64,000 nucleotides of DNA from an uncultured Candidatus Rokubacteria bacterium (GTDB taxonomy: Bacteria > Methylomirabilota > Methylomirabilia > Rokubacteriales > CSP1-6). The notes under the pieces were generated by a model. It saw only the letters and a program-made list of their open reading frames with translations. It was not told where the DNA came from and made no database searches. This document shows positions 9,028-18,300 of this stretch, piece after piece (within the stretch, counting starts at the first letter, position 1; each line of letters begins with the position of its first letter). The stretch is taken from contig CAVXJS010000011.1 in assembly GCA_963762145.1 (NCBI GenBank), positions 128,001-192,000 of the forward strand, read 5' to 3'. The position numbers and the translations under genes are program-made.

Positions 9028-10977
9028 ATGGCCAGCGAGACCAAAGGCAGCAGCGCCGTCGAAGCTCTCCTGAAAGAGAAGCGGAGGTTTCCGCCGCCGA
9101 AGGAGTTCGTCAAGCACGCCAACGTCAAGAGCGCGTCGGTCTACAAGGAGGCGGCCAAGAATCCGGCCCGCTTCTGGGAGCGCTTCGCCAAGGAGCTCGA
9201 CTGGTTCAAGCCGTGGAAGACGGTCGTGCAGTGGAAGGCGCCCCACGCCAAGTGGTTCGTGGGCGGCAAGCTGAACGTGGCCTACAACTGCCTCGATCGC
9301 CACGTGGCCACCGCGCGCAAGACGAAGGCCGCCATCATCTGGGAGGGCGAGCCGGGCGACACGCGGGTGCTGACCTACTGGGACCTCTACCGCGAGGTCA
9401 ACCGCTTCGCGGCCGCGCTCAAGCGGCGCGGGGTCAAGAAGGGCGACCGGGTCACCATCTACATGCCGATGGTGCCGGAGCTGCCGATCGCGATGCTGGC
9501 CTGCGCCCGCATCGGGGCCCCGCACAGCGTGATCTTCGGCGGGTTCGCCCCCGAGGCGGTGCGCGACCGCATTCACGACGCGGAGTCCACCGTGCTCATC
9601 ACCGCCGACGGCGGCTTCCGGCGGGGCGGCACGGTGGCGCTCAAGAAGAACGTGGACGAGGCGCTCCGGGAGTGCCCCGACGTGAGCACCGTCATCGTGC
9701 TCAAGCGCACGCGGCAGGACATCGACATGCAGGCCGGGCGCGACGTCTGGTGGGACGACTTCGTCAAGGACGCGCCCGCCTACTGCGCGCCCGAGAAGAT
9801 GGACTCCGAGGACATGCTGTACCTGCTCTACACCTCGGGCTCCACCGGCAAGCCGAAGGGCATCGTGCACACCACCGGCGGCTATCTCACCGGGGTCTAC
9901 GCGACCACCAAGTGGATCTTCGACCTGCACGACACCGACGTGTACTGGTGCACCGCCGACATTGGCTGGGTCACCGGCCACTCCTACATCGTCTACGGGC
10001 CACTCGCGAACGGGACCACCACCGTGATGTACGAGGGCACGCCGGACTACCCGGACAAGGACCGGTTCTGGCGGATCGTCGAGAAGTACGGCGTCACCAT
10101 CTGCTACACCGCGCCCACCGCCATCCGCACCTTCATGCGCTGGGGCGAGGAGTATCCGAAGCGCTGCGATCTCTCGAGCCTCCGCCTGCTCGGATCGGTC
10201 GGGGAGCCGATCAACCCGGAGGCGTGGGTCTGGTACTGGAAGGTCATCGGGGGCGGCCGCTGCCCGGTGGTGGACACCTGGTGGCAGACCGAGACCGGCC
10301 ACATCCTGATCAGCCCGCTGCCCGGCATCACCACGCTCAAGCCCGGCTCGGCCACCCGCCCGTTCCCCGGCATCGAGGCCGACGTGGTCAACGACAAGGG
10401 GGAATCGGCCAAGGCCGGCTACCTCGTGCTCAAGAAGCCGTGGCCGGGCATGCTGCGCGGCATCTACCGCGACCCGCAGCGCTTCGTCGCCCAGTACTGG
10501 AGCAAGTATCCGGGCATCTACTTCACGGGCGACGGCGCCAAGATCGACGAGGACGGCTACTTCTGGCTGCTCGGCCGAGTGGACGACGTCATGAACATCT
10601 CGGGTCACCGCGTGTCCACCATGGAGGTGGAGTCGGCGCTGGTGGACCACCCGCACGTGGCGGAAGCCGCGGTGATCGGCCGGCCCCACGAGATCAAGGG
10701 GCAGGCCATCGCGGCCTTCGTGACCATCAAGGACGGCACCAAACCGTCCAAGGAGCTGATGGAGGAGATCAAGGGGCACGTGACCAAGAAGATCGGAGCG
10801 CTGGCGCGGCCCGACGACCTGATCTTCGCGGCCGACCTGCCCAAGACTCGCTCCGGCAAGATCATGCGCCGCCTGCTGCGCGACATCGCCGAGGGCAAGG
10901 CGCTGGGGGACACGACCACCCTGGCCGACCCTGCCGTCGTCGCCACCCTCAAGGAGAAGTACGGCGAGGAGGAGTAG
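9028..10977 (+). CDS. acs: Acetyl-CoA synthetase
   Basis: [32 protein letters not shown]. Confidence 0.98.
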   Translation: MASETKGSSAVEALLKEKRRFPPPKEFVKHANVKSASVYKEAAKNPARFWERFAKELDWFKPWKTVVQWKAPHAKWFVGGKLNVAYNCLDRHVATARKTKAAIIWEGEPGDTRVLTYWDLYREVNRFAAALKRRGVKKGDRVTIYMPMVPELPIAMLACARIGAPHSVIFGGFAPEAVRDRIHDAESTVLITADGGFRRGGTVALKKNVDEALRECPDVSTVIVLKRTRQDIDMQAGRDVWWDDFVKDAPAYCAPEKMDSEDMLYLLYTSGSTGKPKGIVHTTGGYLTGVYATTKWIFDLHDTDVYWCTADIGWVTGHSYIVYGPLANGTTTVMYEGTPDYPDKDRFWRIVEKYGVTICYTAPTAIRTFMRWGEEYPKRCDLSSLRLLGSVGEPINPEAWVWYWKVIGGGRCPVVDTWWQTETGHILISPLPGITTLKPGSATRPFPGIEADVVNDKGESAKAGYLVLKKPWPGMLRGIYRDPQRFVAQYWSKYPGIYFTGDGAKIDEDGYFWLLGRVDDVMNISGHRVSTMEVESALVDHPHVAEAAVIGRPHEIKGQAIAAFVTIKDGTKPSKELMEEIKGHVTKKIGALARPDDLIFAADLPKTRSGKIMRRLLRDIAEGKALGDTTTLADPAVVATLKEKYGEEE

Positions 10978-10993
10978 GGGCCGCGCGACGCCC

Positions 10994-11033
10994 CTTGGTA
11001 ACGGTGCCAAGATCACTTGGTGCCGCTACCAAG
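10994..11033. promoter_or_regulatory. Tandem palindromic sites (putative enhancer/UAS)
   Basis: CTTGG-N8-CCAAG at 10994-11011 and 11016-11033, 22-bp period. Confidence 0.6.
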
Positions 11034-11093
11034 AAGGGCCCATGGAGACAGAGACTTCGCTCGTCGAATCGCGCACTTGGAAAGGGGCTCGCC

Positions 11094-11109
11094 TGGCACC
11101 GTTCGTGCT
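11094..11109 (+). promoter_or_regulatory. Sigma54 -24/-12 promoter
   Basis: TGGCACCGTTCGTGCT, GG-N10-GC. Confidence 0.75.
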
Positions 11110-11124
11110 GCTCCGGGCGGACCA

Positions 11125-11439
11125 ATGCGCTACCGGCGAATCGCCTTCATGGTTGCGTTGTACGTGACGGTCGACCTCACGAACCCGTTCATCGGGTGCG
11201 CGTTCAATTTCAGCCCAGAGGAGTCGATCGACGGTCTATCGCGCTCCGATGAGCGGCTCCTCCCGCAGGAGGCCCCGGCGGTGCTGCCGACGCCCCCCGG
11301 TGGGGACAACCACGCCCGAATCGCGCGCCTCGCTCCCACCTGGCGGTTCACGGCCCGCGTGCTGGGCGGGTGGCTCGCGCAGATGAGACAGGGGCACGCG
11401 CCGAATTCCGATCCGCAGTCGTCGACCGAAGATCACTAG
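11125..11439 (+). CDS. Small hypothetical protein / possible leader ORF
   Basis: ATG just after the sigma54 promoter; basic-hydrophobic N-terminus; 104 aa. Confidence 0.5.
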   Translation: MRYRRIAFMVALYVTVDLTNPFIGCAFNFSPEESIDGLSRSDERLLPQEAPAVLPTPPGGDNHARIARLAPTWRFTARVLGGWLAQMRQGHAPNSDPQSSTEDH

Positions 11440-11539
11440 CGGCGCCCGCCGCACAGGTGTCCGTGGTCGTTCCCGTGCCCGCCGGCGATCGGCGTGCGCG
11501 TGGCCGGGTGATTCGAACCATCTCTCAGGAGGGGATCCA

Positions 11540-11809
11540 ATGGCGGATCTGACCGACAAACAGAAGGACGCGTACTGGCGGTTCAACGTCAAGCTCACCA
11601 CGATCCTGCTGGTCATCTGGTTCGTGGTGACGTATCTGATCTCCGGGCTGTGGGCGGGCTGGCTGAACCAGTACTCGGTCCTCGGCTTCCCGATGGGGTA
11701 TTACATGGCGGCCCAGGGCTCGCTCGCGATCTTCGTCATCGAGATCGCGGTGTACGCCTACCTCATGAATCGCAAGGACCAGGAGTACGGCATTCGCGAG
11801 GAGGCCTAG
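11540..11809 (+). CDS. DUF4212 small subunit of solute symporter
   Basis: YWR..LVIWFVV..GFPMGYYMAAQGS; directly upstream of the SSS gene. Confidence 0.9.
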   Translation: MADLTDKQKDAYWRFNVKLTTILLVIWFVVTYLISGLWAGWLNQYSVLGFPMGYYMAAQGSLAIFVIEIAVYAYLMNRKDQEYGIREEA

Positions 11810-11812
11810 CGC

Positions 11813-13735
11813 ATGAGCCTGGACAAGATCTTCGGTCTCTACACCGTCTCGTTCCTCGCCGTGACGATCCTTATCGGCATCGGCGAGCTGGCCTTCGGTC
11901 TGCCCAACCGGTGGATCGGCTGGATCTTCATGGCCCTGTCCCTCGCCATCTACATCGTCATCGGCGTGGTCACCCGCACGTCGAACCCGGACCAGTACTA
12001 CGTGGCCGGGCGCGGGGTGCCCGCCTTGTACAACGGCATGGCCACCGGCTCCGACTGGATGTCGGCGGCTTCCTTCATCTCGATGGGTGGTGCCCTGTCC
12101 GCCCAGGGCTTCGCCGGGCTGGCGTACGTCATGGGCTGGACCGGCGGTTACCTGCTGCTGGCGGTGTTTCTCGGCCCGTACCTGCGCCAGTTCGGCGCCT
12201 ACACGATTCCCGACTTCCTCAGCGCCCGCTACGGCGGCACGTCCGCCCGTCTCATCGGGGTCGTCGCGGCGGTCGCCTGTTCCTTCACGTATCTGATCGC
12301 GCAGGTCACCGGCGTCGGCCTGATCGTCTCGCGCTTCATCGGCCTCGACTTCAACGTGGGCGTCTTCGTCGGCCTGCTGGGCGTGCTGTTCTGCTCGGTG
12401 CTGGGCGGAATGCGCTCGGTCACGTGGACCCAGGTCGCGCAGTACATCATCCTGATCATCTCCTACCTGGTCCCGGTCGTGTATCTCTCGTGGCAGCTCT
12501 TCTCGATCCCGATCCCCGAGCTGACCTACGGTCGCGTCCTGCAGCAGAACAACAGCAAGGCCATCGAGATCACGCGCGACGCGAAGGAGAAAGAGACGCG
12601 CGCGCTCTGGAAGAAGGACGCGGACGAGGTCAACGCCAAGATCAAGGCGGGCGGCCTGCCCGAGGCCGAGATCGACAAGCTGAAGGCGCAGGCGGCCCTA
12701 TCGGGTCGGCAGGCAACCGCGCCGGCGGCCAGCGACGACGCCACGATCAGCCGGTATCTCACGGTGCCCTCCGGCGTCGGGATGTGGAACTTCCTGGCCC
12801 TCACGTTCTGCCTGATGGTGGGCACCGCGGGCCTGCCGCACATCCTGACCCGCTACTACACCACGCCTTCGGTACGCCAGGCGCGCACCTCGGTGGCGTG
12901 GTCGCTGTTCTTCATCTTCCTGCTGTACTTCACCGCCCCGGCCTACGCGGCCTTCGCGCGCTTCACGATCTACGCCAAGCTGGTCGGCACCAAGGTCGCG
13001 GAGCTACCACGCTGGGTCACGCTCTGGCAGCCCGCCGGTCTCTTCGACGTGGTGGACAAGAACGGGGACGGCATCGTGCAGTGGGCCGACTTCGTGATCA
13101 AGAGCACCGACTTCGTGGTGCTGGCCATGCCCGAGATCGCGGGCCTGCCCTTCGTGATCACCGGGCTCGTCATGGCGGGCGGTCTCGCGGCCGCGCTGTC
13201 CACCGCGGATGGGCTGCTGCTCACGATCGCCAATGCCATCTCGCACGACCTTTACTACAACGTCATCGATCCGAGCGCCTCGCTCACCAAGCGGCTCACC
13301 ATCACCAAGGTGCTCCTGGTGGTGACCGCGATCATCGCGGCCTGGGTGGCCACGTTCCGCCTGTCCCTGATCGTGGAGCTCGTGGCCTGGGCCTTCAGCC
13401 TGGCCGGCGCATCGTTCTTCCCCGCGCTCGTCATGGGGATCTGGTGGAAGCGGGCCAACAAGGCGGGGGCGGTGGCGGGCATGGTCCTCGGCCTCGGCAT
13501 CACGACCTACTACATGATCGGCAGCCGGTTCTACGGCCTCTCCTGGTTCGGCACGCAGACCATCGCGTCGGCCATCTTCGGCCTGCCGGCCGGGTTCCTC
13601 ACCATCTGGATCGTCTCGCTCCTCACCGCGCCGCCGCCCAAGGCGGTGCAGGACCTCGTGGTCAGTGTCCGGTATCCGAAGTCCGGTCAAGGGACCGCGC
13701 TGTCGGCCCAGGGCATCGGGCTCGGCCGGCACTGA
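11813..13735 (+). CDS. actP: Cation/acetate symporter (ActP / VC_2705-like SSS family)
   Basis: NGMATGSDWMSAASF, MVGTAGLPHIL, GGLAAALSTADGLLL. Confidence 0.88.
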   Translation: MSLDKIFGLYTVSFLAVTILIGIGELAFGLPNRWIGWIFMALSLAIYIVIGVVTRTSNPDQYYVAGRGVPALYNGMATGSDWMSAASFISMGGALSAQGFAGLAYVMGWTGGYLLLAVFLGPYLRQFGAYTIPDFLSARYGGTSARLIGVVAAVACSFTYLIAQVTGVGLIVSRFIGLDFNVGVFVGLLGVLFCSVLGGMRSVTWTQVAQYIILIISYLVPVVYLSWQLFSIPIPELTYGRVLQQNNSKAIEITRDAKEKETRALWKKDADEVNAKIKAGGLPEAEIDKLKAQAALSGRQATAPAASDDATISRYLTVPSGVGMWNFLALTFCLMVGTAGLPHILTRYYTTPSVRQARTSVAWSLFFIFLLYFTAPAYAAFARFTIYAKLVGTKVAELPRWVTLWQPAGLFDVVDKNGDGIVQWADFVIKSTDFVVLAMPEIAGLPFVITGLVMAGGLAAALSTADGLLLTIANAISHDLYYNVIDPSASLTKRLTITKVLLVVTAIIAAWVATFRLSLIVELVAWAFSLAGASFFPALVMGIWWKRANKAGAVAGMVLGLGITTYYMIGSRFYGLSWFGTQTIASAIFGLPAGFLTIWIVSLLTAPPPKAVQDLVVSVRYPKSGQGTALSAQGIGLGRH

Positions 13736-13747
13736 TCGCATGACCCG

Positions 13748-13781
13748 GCGCGGGCAGGGGGGCTCTCGCCTCTGCCCGCGC
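13748..13781 (+). terminator. GC-rich hairpin after actP
   Basis: gcgcgggcag...ctgcccgcgc inverted repeat; no U-tract. Confidence 0.4.
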
Positions 13782-13791
13782 CACCACCCTC

Positions 13792-14079
13792 ATGCATGAG
13801 CTGATCTACCGGTTCCTCGTCCTGGTGTGGTTTCTGTCGTACATGGCCGCCATCTATCTCGCCCTGCACATGATCGTGGCCCGTTTCACGCGGGCGCCGG
13901 ATAGCCGCCTGCTCTGGTTCTTTTCCGTGATCACCGGCCCGCTCACCCGGCCGGTCCGCGGCTGGGCCCCGGCGGGCACGTCCGAGGGACGGGTGCGGCT
14001 GATCACCCTGGTCGTGCTGGTCGCCCTGTGGCTCGGCTCGCGGCTGCTGCTCGGCACCATGGGTGGCCTGGACCTCTGA
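13792..14079 (+). CDS. Small membrane protein, YggT-like
   Basis: Two hydrophobic helices around ITGPLTRPVR. Confidence 0.6.
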   Translation: MHELIYRFLVLVWFLSYMAAIYLALHMIVARFTRAPDSRLLWFFSVITGPLTRPVRGWAPAGTSEGRVRLITLVVLVALWLGSRLLLGTMGGLDL

Positions 14080-14533
14080 GGAGCCGACGGGTCACGTGCT
14101 CCGGCTGGCCGGGACCAACGCGCTCGCGATGCTGATGTTCGCCGTGATCTACGCTGCGGCCGGGGCCCGTTGGCTCACGCAGGGGGCCTTCCTGGCCAGT
14201 CTGACGGTGTTCTTCATCTCGGTCACGGCGCTCTGGGTCCACGTCGAGCGTTCGCGGCCCGGAGCCCGCGACGTCCTGAGCCGGATCGGCCGCGGGGTAC
14301 TCGCGCTGCTGATCGTTGCCGTCGGGCTGCCGGCACTCGTGCTGGCGCCTCTCTTCGCCGTACAGGAGACGCTGCCCGCGGACGCCGGCTTTGCGGATGT
14401 CGTTCGGCCGGTCATGGTTCTCCTGCTGCTCGCACTGGTCCTCGTGGTCGCGGTGAACATCGCGGGGCTTCTGGTATTGGCGGTCTCCGGTCTGACCTCG
14501 CGGCTTCGGCGGGGGCGCGGCGCCGGACGTTAG
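14063..14533 (+). CDS. Hypothetical 4-TM membrane protein
   Basis: Four hydrophobic segments; overlaps the previous gene. Confidence 0.55.
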   Translation: MAWTSEEPTGHVLRLAGTNALAMLMFAVIYAAAGARWLTQGAFLASLTVFFISVTALWVHVERSRPGARDVLSRIGRGVLALLIVAVGLPALVLAPLFAVQETLPADAGFADVVRPVMVLLLLALVLVVAVNIAGLLVLAVSGLTSRLRRGRGAGR

Positions 14534-14688
14534 CCGTCGGTTCCAAAGCTATCCACAGACCAGAACTGACATACCCACTGACGAATTTTCCCAGTGGTTA
14601 CCGGGCGTTTTGCCCCGTAGGTTTCACTGCCCTTGCGGTTGTCCAACGAATATCGGGGGTTTTCGCACGTCTCTTCCATGCAGTGGTC

Positions 14689-14704
14689 AGGCACAGGCTT
14701 TGCA
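14689..14704 (+). promoter_or_regulatory. Sigma54 -24/-12 promoter
   Basis: AGGCACAGGCTTTGCA, GG-N10-GC, after an AT-richer intergenic stretch. Confidence 0.7.
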
Positions 14705-14751
14705 GCTAGCTGCGCCAACCGGGCGAGCCGGGTCGGAGCGATCCGGCGCCC

Positions 14752-15174
14752 ATGGAGGAGACGATGGACGAGATCAAGCAGCGCCTGGAGCGGGAACTGA
14801 GCCACACCATGCAGCGCATCCGGCACATGGGTGGGGTCAATACGATGGAAGAGCTCGGTGGCGGCCGGGGAGAGAACACGCCGCTGGCCGACGAAGTCGA
14901 CGTGATCCGGCTGAACGAGGATCGCGAGATGAACTTCGCCACGCGGAGCCTGCTGGTGGAACGCGCCAACAAGCTGGCGGAGGCGCTCGAGAGGCTGCGG
15001 GGCGGGGAGTACGGCGTGTGTGAGGAGTGCGGCGAGGCGATCGCGCCCGCCCGGCTTCGCGTCATGCCGGAGGTCACCACCTGCGTGCGCTGCCAGGACC
15101 GCCTCGAGCGGATGCTGCCGCGCCTGGAAACGGTCGGCGCCGTGGTCGACGCCGACGAGCCCGAGGACGACTAG
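14752..15174 (+). CDS. TraR/DksA C4 zinc-finger protein
   Basis: Coiled coil with DEVD; YGVCEECGEAI..RL...PEVTTCVRCQ. Confidence 0.92.
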   Translation: MEETMDEIKQRLERELSHTMQRIRHMGGVNTMEELGGGRGENTPLADEVDVIRLNEDREMNFATRSLLVERANKLAEALERLRGGEYGVCEECGEAIAPARLRVMPEVTTCVRCQDRLERMLPRLETVGAVVDADEPEDD

Positions 15175-15181
15175 CTGATCC

Positions 15182-15919
15182 CTACGACCGGCCGAGCCGG
15201 GCCCGCAGCAGGCCCGGCCGGTCGGTGATGATTCCGTTCACACCCCACTCGACGAGCCGGTCCATCTGGGCCGGCTCGTTGACTGTCCAGACGTAGCACT
15301 CGAGCCCGGCTCCGTGGATTTGCGCGAGGAGCGGGGCGGTCAGGACGTGTCCGCCGGGACAGATCGCGCTGACCACCTCCGGCGCGAGCAGGGCCGGGTC
15401 GATGGGCGCCTGCGCCACCAGTGCCCCGACCGGAATCTCGCGGTTGAGGCTCCGCACCCTGGCGATGGCCGTGTCGTCGAAGGACTGCACCAGGACCCGG
15501 TCCACCACGTCGTAGATCTCCACCATCGAGACCACCCGCTCCTCGACGCCCGGATAGAGTGCCGAGCCGGCCTTCAGCTCGATCCAGAAGCGCGCCCGGC
15601 TCCGAAACCGTTCCAGGACCTCCTGGAGCGTCTGTACGCGCTGGCCGCGGAATCGGCGGTCGTGCCAGCCGCCCGCGTCCAGGCGCTTGAGCTCGCGGAC
15701 GCGATGATCGCCCACCGGGCCCGCGCCGTCGGTGGTGCGTTCCAGGGTGAAATCGTGGATGACGACCGGCTGCTCGTCGGCGGAGAGGTGCACGTCCAGC
15801 TCGATGCCGTCGGCACCCTGCTCGAGGGCCAGCTCGAAGGCCGCGATGGTGTTCTCGGGCGCGTCGGCCGAGGCGCCACGGTGGCCGATCACGAGGGGGC
15901 GCGCGTCCGCTCCGGGCAC
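15182..15919 (-). CDS. Glycerophosphodiester phosphodiesterase
   Basis: IGHRGAS..APENT, IELDV, HD..LERTT, WTVN, IITDRP. Confidence 0.95.
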   Translation of the reverse strand: MPGADARPLVIGHRGASADAPENTIAAFELALEQGADGIELDVHLSADEQPVVIHDFTLERTTDGAGPVGDHRVRELKRLDAGGWHDRRFRGQRVQTLQEVLERFRSRARFWIELKAGSALYPGVEERVVSMVEIYDVVDRVLVQSFDDTAIARVRSLNREIPVGALVAQAPIDPALLAPEVVSAICPGGHVLTAPLLAQIHGAGLECYVWTVNEPAQMDRLVEWGVNGIITDRPGLLRARLGRS

Positions 15920-15954
15920 TGTCGGTCTCAGACGGGGCGTGGCACTATCGGGCC

Positions 15955-16599
15955 GTGCGCACGCCCGTGATCGACGTCGCCCGGCCGGTCATCCGGCTCG
16001 GGGCGCGCATCTATTTCCGCATCCGCTTCGAAGGCGTCCATCACATCCCTCGCTCCGGTCCTCTCCTCATCGTGCCGAACCATGTCACGTTTGCCGACCC
16101 GGTGCTCGCGACCATTCCGGTGCGCCGGCCCGTCCACTACATGGCATGGAACGCCCTGTTCCGCGTGCGTGGCCTCTCGTGGCTCATTCGCCGCCTGCGC
16201 GCCTTTCCGGTGGACATCGACGGGGCCGACGCGGGCGCGACCCGGGCCGCGGTCCGCCTCCTCCGCGCGGGGGAGGCGGTCATGATCTTCCCCGAGGCCG
16301 GCCGGAGCCTCGACGGGCGGGTCCAGCGCTTCCGCCTTGGCGCGTTCCGCCTGGCCTGCTCGCTCGGCGTGCCCGTCATGCCGGTGACCATCATCGGGGC
16401 GCACGAGTGCTGGCCGCCCGGTCGCCGCCTGCCGCGCCCCGGCCGCCTCACCATCGTCTATCATCCGGTGATCGCGCCGCCGGAGAACCTCGACGTGAAG
16501 GGGGCCGCGCGGGACCTCGCCCATCGCGTCCACGCGGTCGTCGCCGCCGCGCTGCCCGCGCACCAGCGGCCAGATGCGCCGAGTGACGCGCCCGCCTGA
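15955..16599 (+). CDS. plsC: 1-acyl-sn-glycerol-3-phosphate acyltransferase
   Basis: NHVTFAD (HX4D) and IFPEAGRS. Confidence 0.88.
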   Translation: MRTPVIDVARPVIRLGARIYFRIRFEGVHHIPRSGPLLIVPNHVTFADPVLATIPVRRPVHYMAWNALFRVRGLSWLIRRLRAFPVDIDGADAGATRAAVRLLRAGEAVMIFPEAGRSLDGRVQRFRLGAFRLACSLGVPVMPVTIIGAHECWPPGRRLPRPGRLTIVYHPVIAPPENLDVKGAARDLAHRVHAVVAAALPAHQRPDAPSDAPA

Positions 16600-16642
16600 G
16601 GCGCGAGCATTATACGGGCGTCCAGTGTATTCTCTCCCTTCA

Positions 16643-17134
16643 ATGGCACGTCGCGTCGAGTCCGCCATCCTCGTCCTCCACGGCCCGAATCTCAACCTCC
16701 TCGGCACCCGCGAGCCGGCGGTCTACGGCCGTGTCACGCTCACGGAGGTGAACCGCGCGGTGCAGCGCCACGCGGAGAGTCGGGGCGCGCGAGCGGTCTG
16801 CCGGCAGTCCAACCACGAGGGGGAGCTGGTGGACTGGATCCAGGCGGCGGCGCGCGAAGGCTTCCGCGGCATCGTCTTCAATCCGGGCGCGCTCTCGCAC
16901 TACTCGATCGCCTTACGCGACGCGGTGGCCTCGGTGCGCGTGCCGGTGGTCGAGGTGCATCTCTCGAACATCCATGCCCGCGAGGAGTTCCGACACCACT
17001 CGGTGGTCGCGGCGGCCGCCGTCGGGCAGATCTCCGGTTTCGGGCCATCCAGCTACCTGCTCGGCGTGGACGCCCTCCTGGGCGCCTCGCCTGCGATCGG
17101 CGCCCGGGGGACGGCCCGGCAGCGTCGGCCGTGA
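16643..17134 (+). CDS. aroQ: Type II 3-dehydroquinate dehydratase
   Basis: [37 protein letters not shown]. Confidence 0.97.
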   Translation: MARRVESAILVLHGPNLNLLGTREPAVYGRVTLTEVNRAVQRHAESRGARAVCRQSNHEGELVDWIQAAAREGFRGIVFNPGALSHYSIALRDAVASVRVPVVEVHLSNIHAREEFRHHSVVAAAAVGQISGFGPSSYLLGVDALLGASPAIGARGTARQRRP

Positions 17135-17205
17135 ATGCGGGCGCCCTACCTGCCGTCCTACCCCCGATCGCTTAGGGGGCGCGAGGGCCGCGACCGGGTC
17201 CGGCC

Positions 17206-18294
17206 GTGACGCCGCCCGACGGTCCCGCCGGGCTCCCGGAGTCCCCCGGAATCGACGAGCGAGCGCTCATCCAGCGGTGCATCGGGGGAGACGCCGCGGC
17301 GTTCGAGCCGCTGGTCGAGAAATACCGTCAGCGGGTGTGGCGTCTGGCCTACCAGGTGTTGCACGACCGCGAGGAGGCCTGGGACGTGGCTCAGGAGGCA
17401 TTCGTGCGGGCGTTTCATTCGCTGTCGTCGTTCCGTGGCCAGTCGGCGTTCTACACCTGGCTCTTTCGCATCACCGTGAACGTGGCCACCGATCGGCATC
17501 GGCAGCGAGGCGCGCAGGCGCGCGCCTTCGGGCCGGAGCGGGTGACCGAGGAGGAATGGACCCGCAGCATGCCCGATCCGGGACGGGGGCCGGATCAGGA
17601 AGCGACGCGCGCGGAGCAGCGCGAGCGCATCCGTCGGGCGCTCGATGCCTTGCCGCCCAAGGCCCGAACGATTATCATGCTGAGTGACGTGGAGGGCCTT
17701 TCGTACCGCGAGATCGCCGAGGTGCTCAACTGCCCGATCGGAACCGTGATGTCCAGGCTGCATAACGCGCGGAAGCGGCTCAAGGGCCTCCTGGGGCCGA
17801 TGCTCGTCCTGATCCTCTGGCTGGGGCTGACGCTCGGCTGGGTCATGCCAGCCGAGGCCCAGCAGATCATTCGCTTCGGCGTCCGCATCATGGAGGCCTC
17901 GAGCCCGCCCCGCGCGGGCGAGACCCCGGGCGTCCTCCGGGCTCCCGCCACGCCCGAGGCCGAGACCGACGAGCGCATGAAGAGGATCCTGCCCCGGCTC
18001 CGCACCCTCTTCCGTTACACCGACTACACCACGCTCGACCGCCAGCGCGTCGAGGGGCCGCTCGGCACCCAGCAGCGGTTCGCGGTGCCCGGCGAGCGGT
18101 GGCTCGAGGTCACGCCCGACCAGCTCCACGGCGACCACGTGCGGATGCGGGTGCGCCTCCTGCGCGGCGTGCATCCGGAGGTCAACGCGGCGATCCAGGC
18201 CGCGCCCGGCGCCCCCGCGGTGCTCGGCGGCCCGCCGTACGGCAACGGCGTGCTGATCATCATCCTCTGGGCCAATCCCAATCCCGCTCCCTAG
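17206..18294 (+). CDS. ECF sigma factor fused to a TM helix and extracytoplasmic domain
   Basis: DVAQEAF, FYTWLFRITVN, SYREIAEVLNCPIGTVMSRLHNARKRL, then MLVLILWLGLTLGWVMPAEA and about 145 aa. Confidence 0.88.
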   Translation: MTPPDGPAGLPESPGIDERALIQRCIGGDAAAFEPLVEKYRQRVWRLAYQVLHDREEAWDVAQEAFVRAFHSLSSFRGQSAFYTWLFRITVNVATDRHRQRGAQARAFGPERVTEEEWTRSMPDPGRGPDQEATRAEQRERIRRALDALPPKARTIIMLSDVEGLSYREIAEVLNCPIGTVMSRLHNARKRLKGLLGPMLVLILWLGLTLGWVMPAEAQQIIRFGVRIMEASSPPRAGETPGVLRAPATPEAETDERMKRILPRLRTLFRYTDYTTLDRQRVEGPLGTQQRFAVPGERWLEVTPDQLHGDHVRMRVRLLRGVHPEVNAAIQAAPGAPAVLGGPPYGNGVLIIILWANPNPAP

Positions 18295-18300
18295 CCCCGC

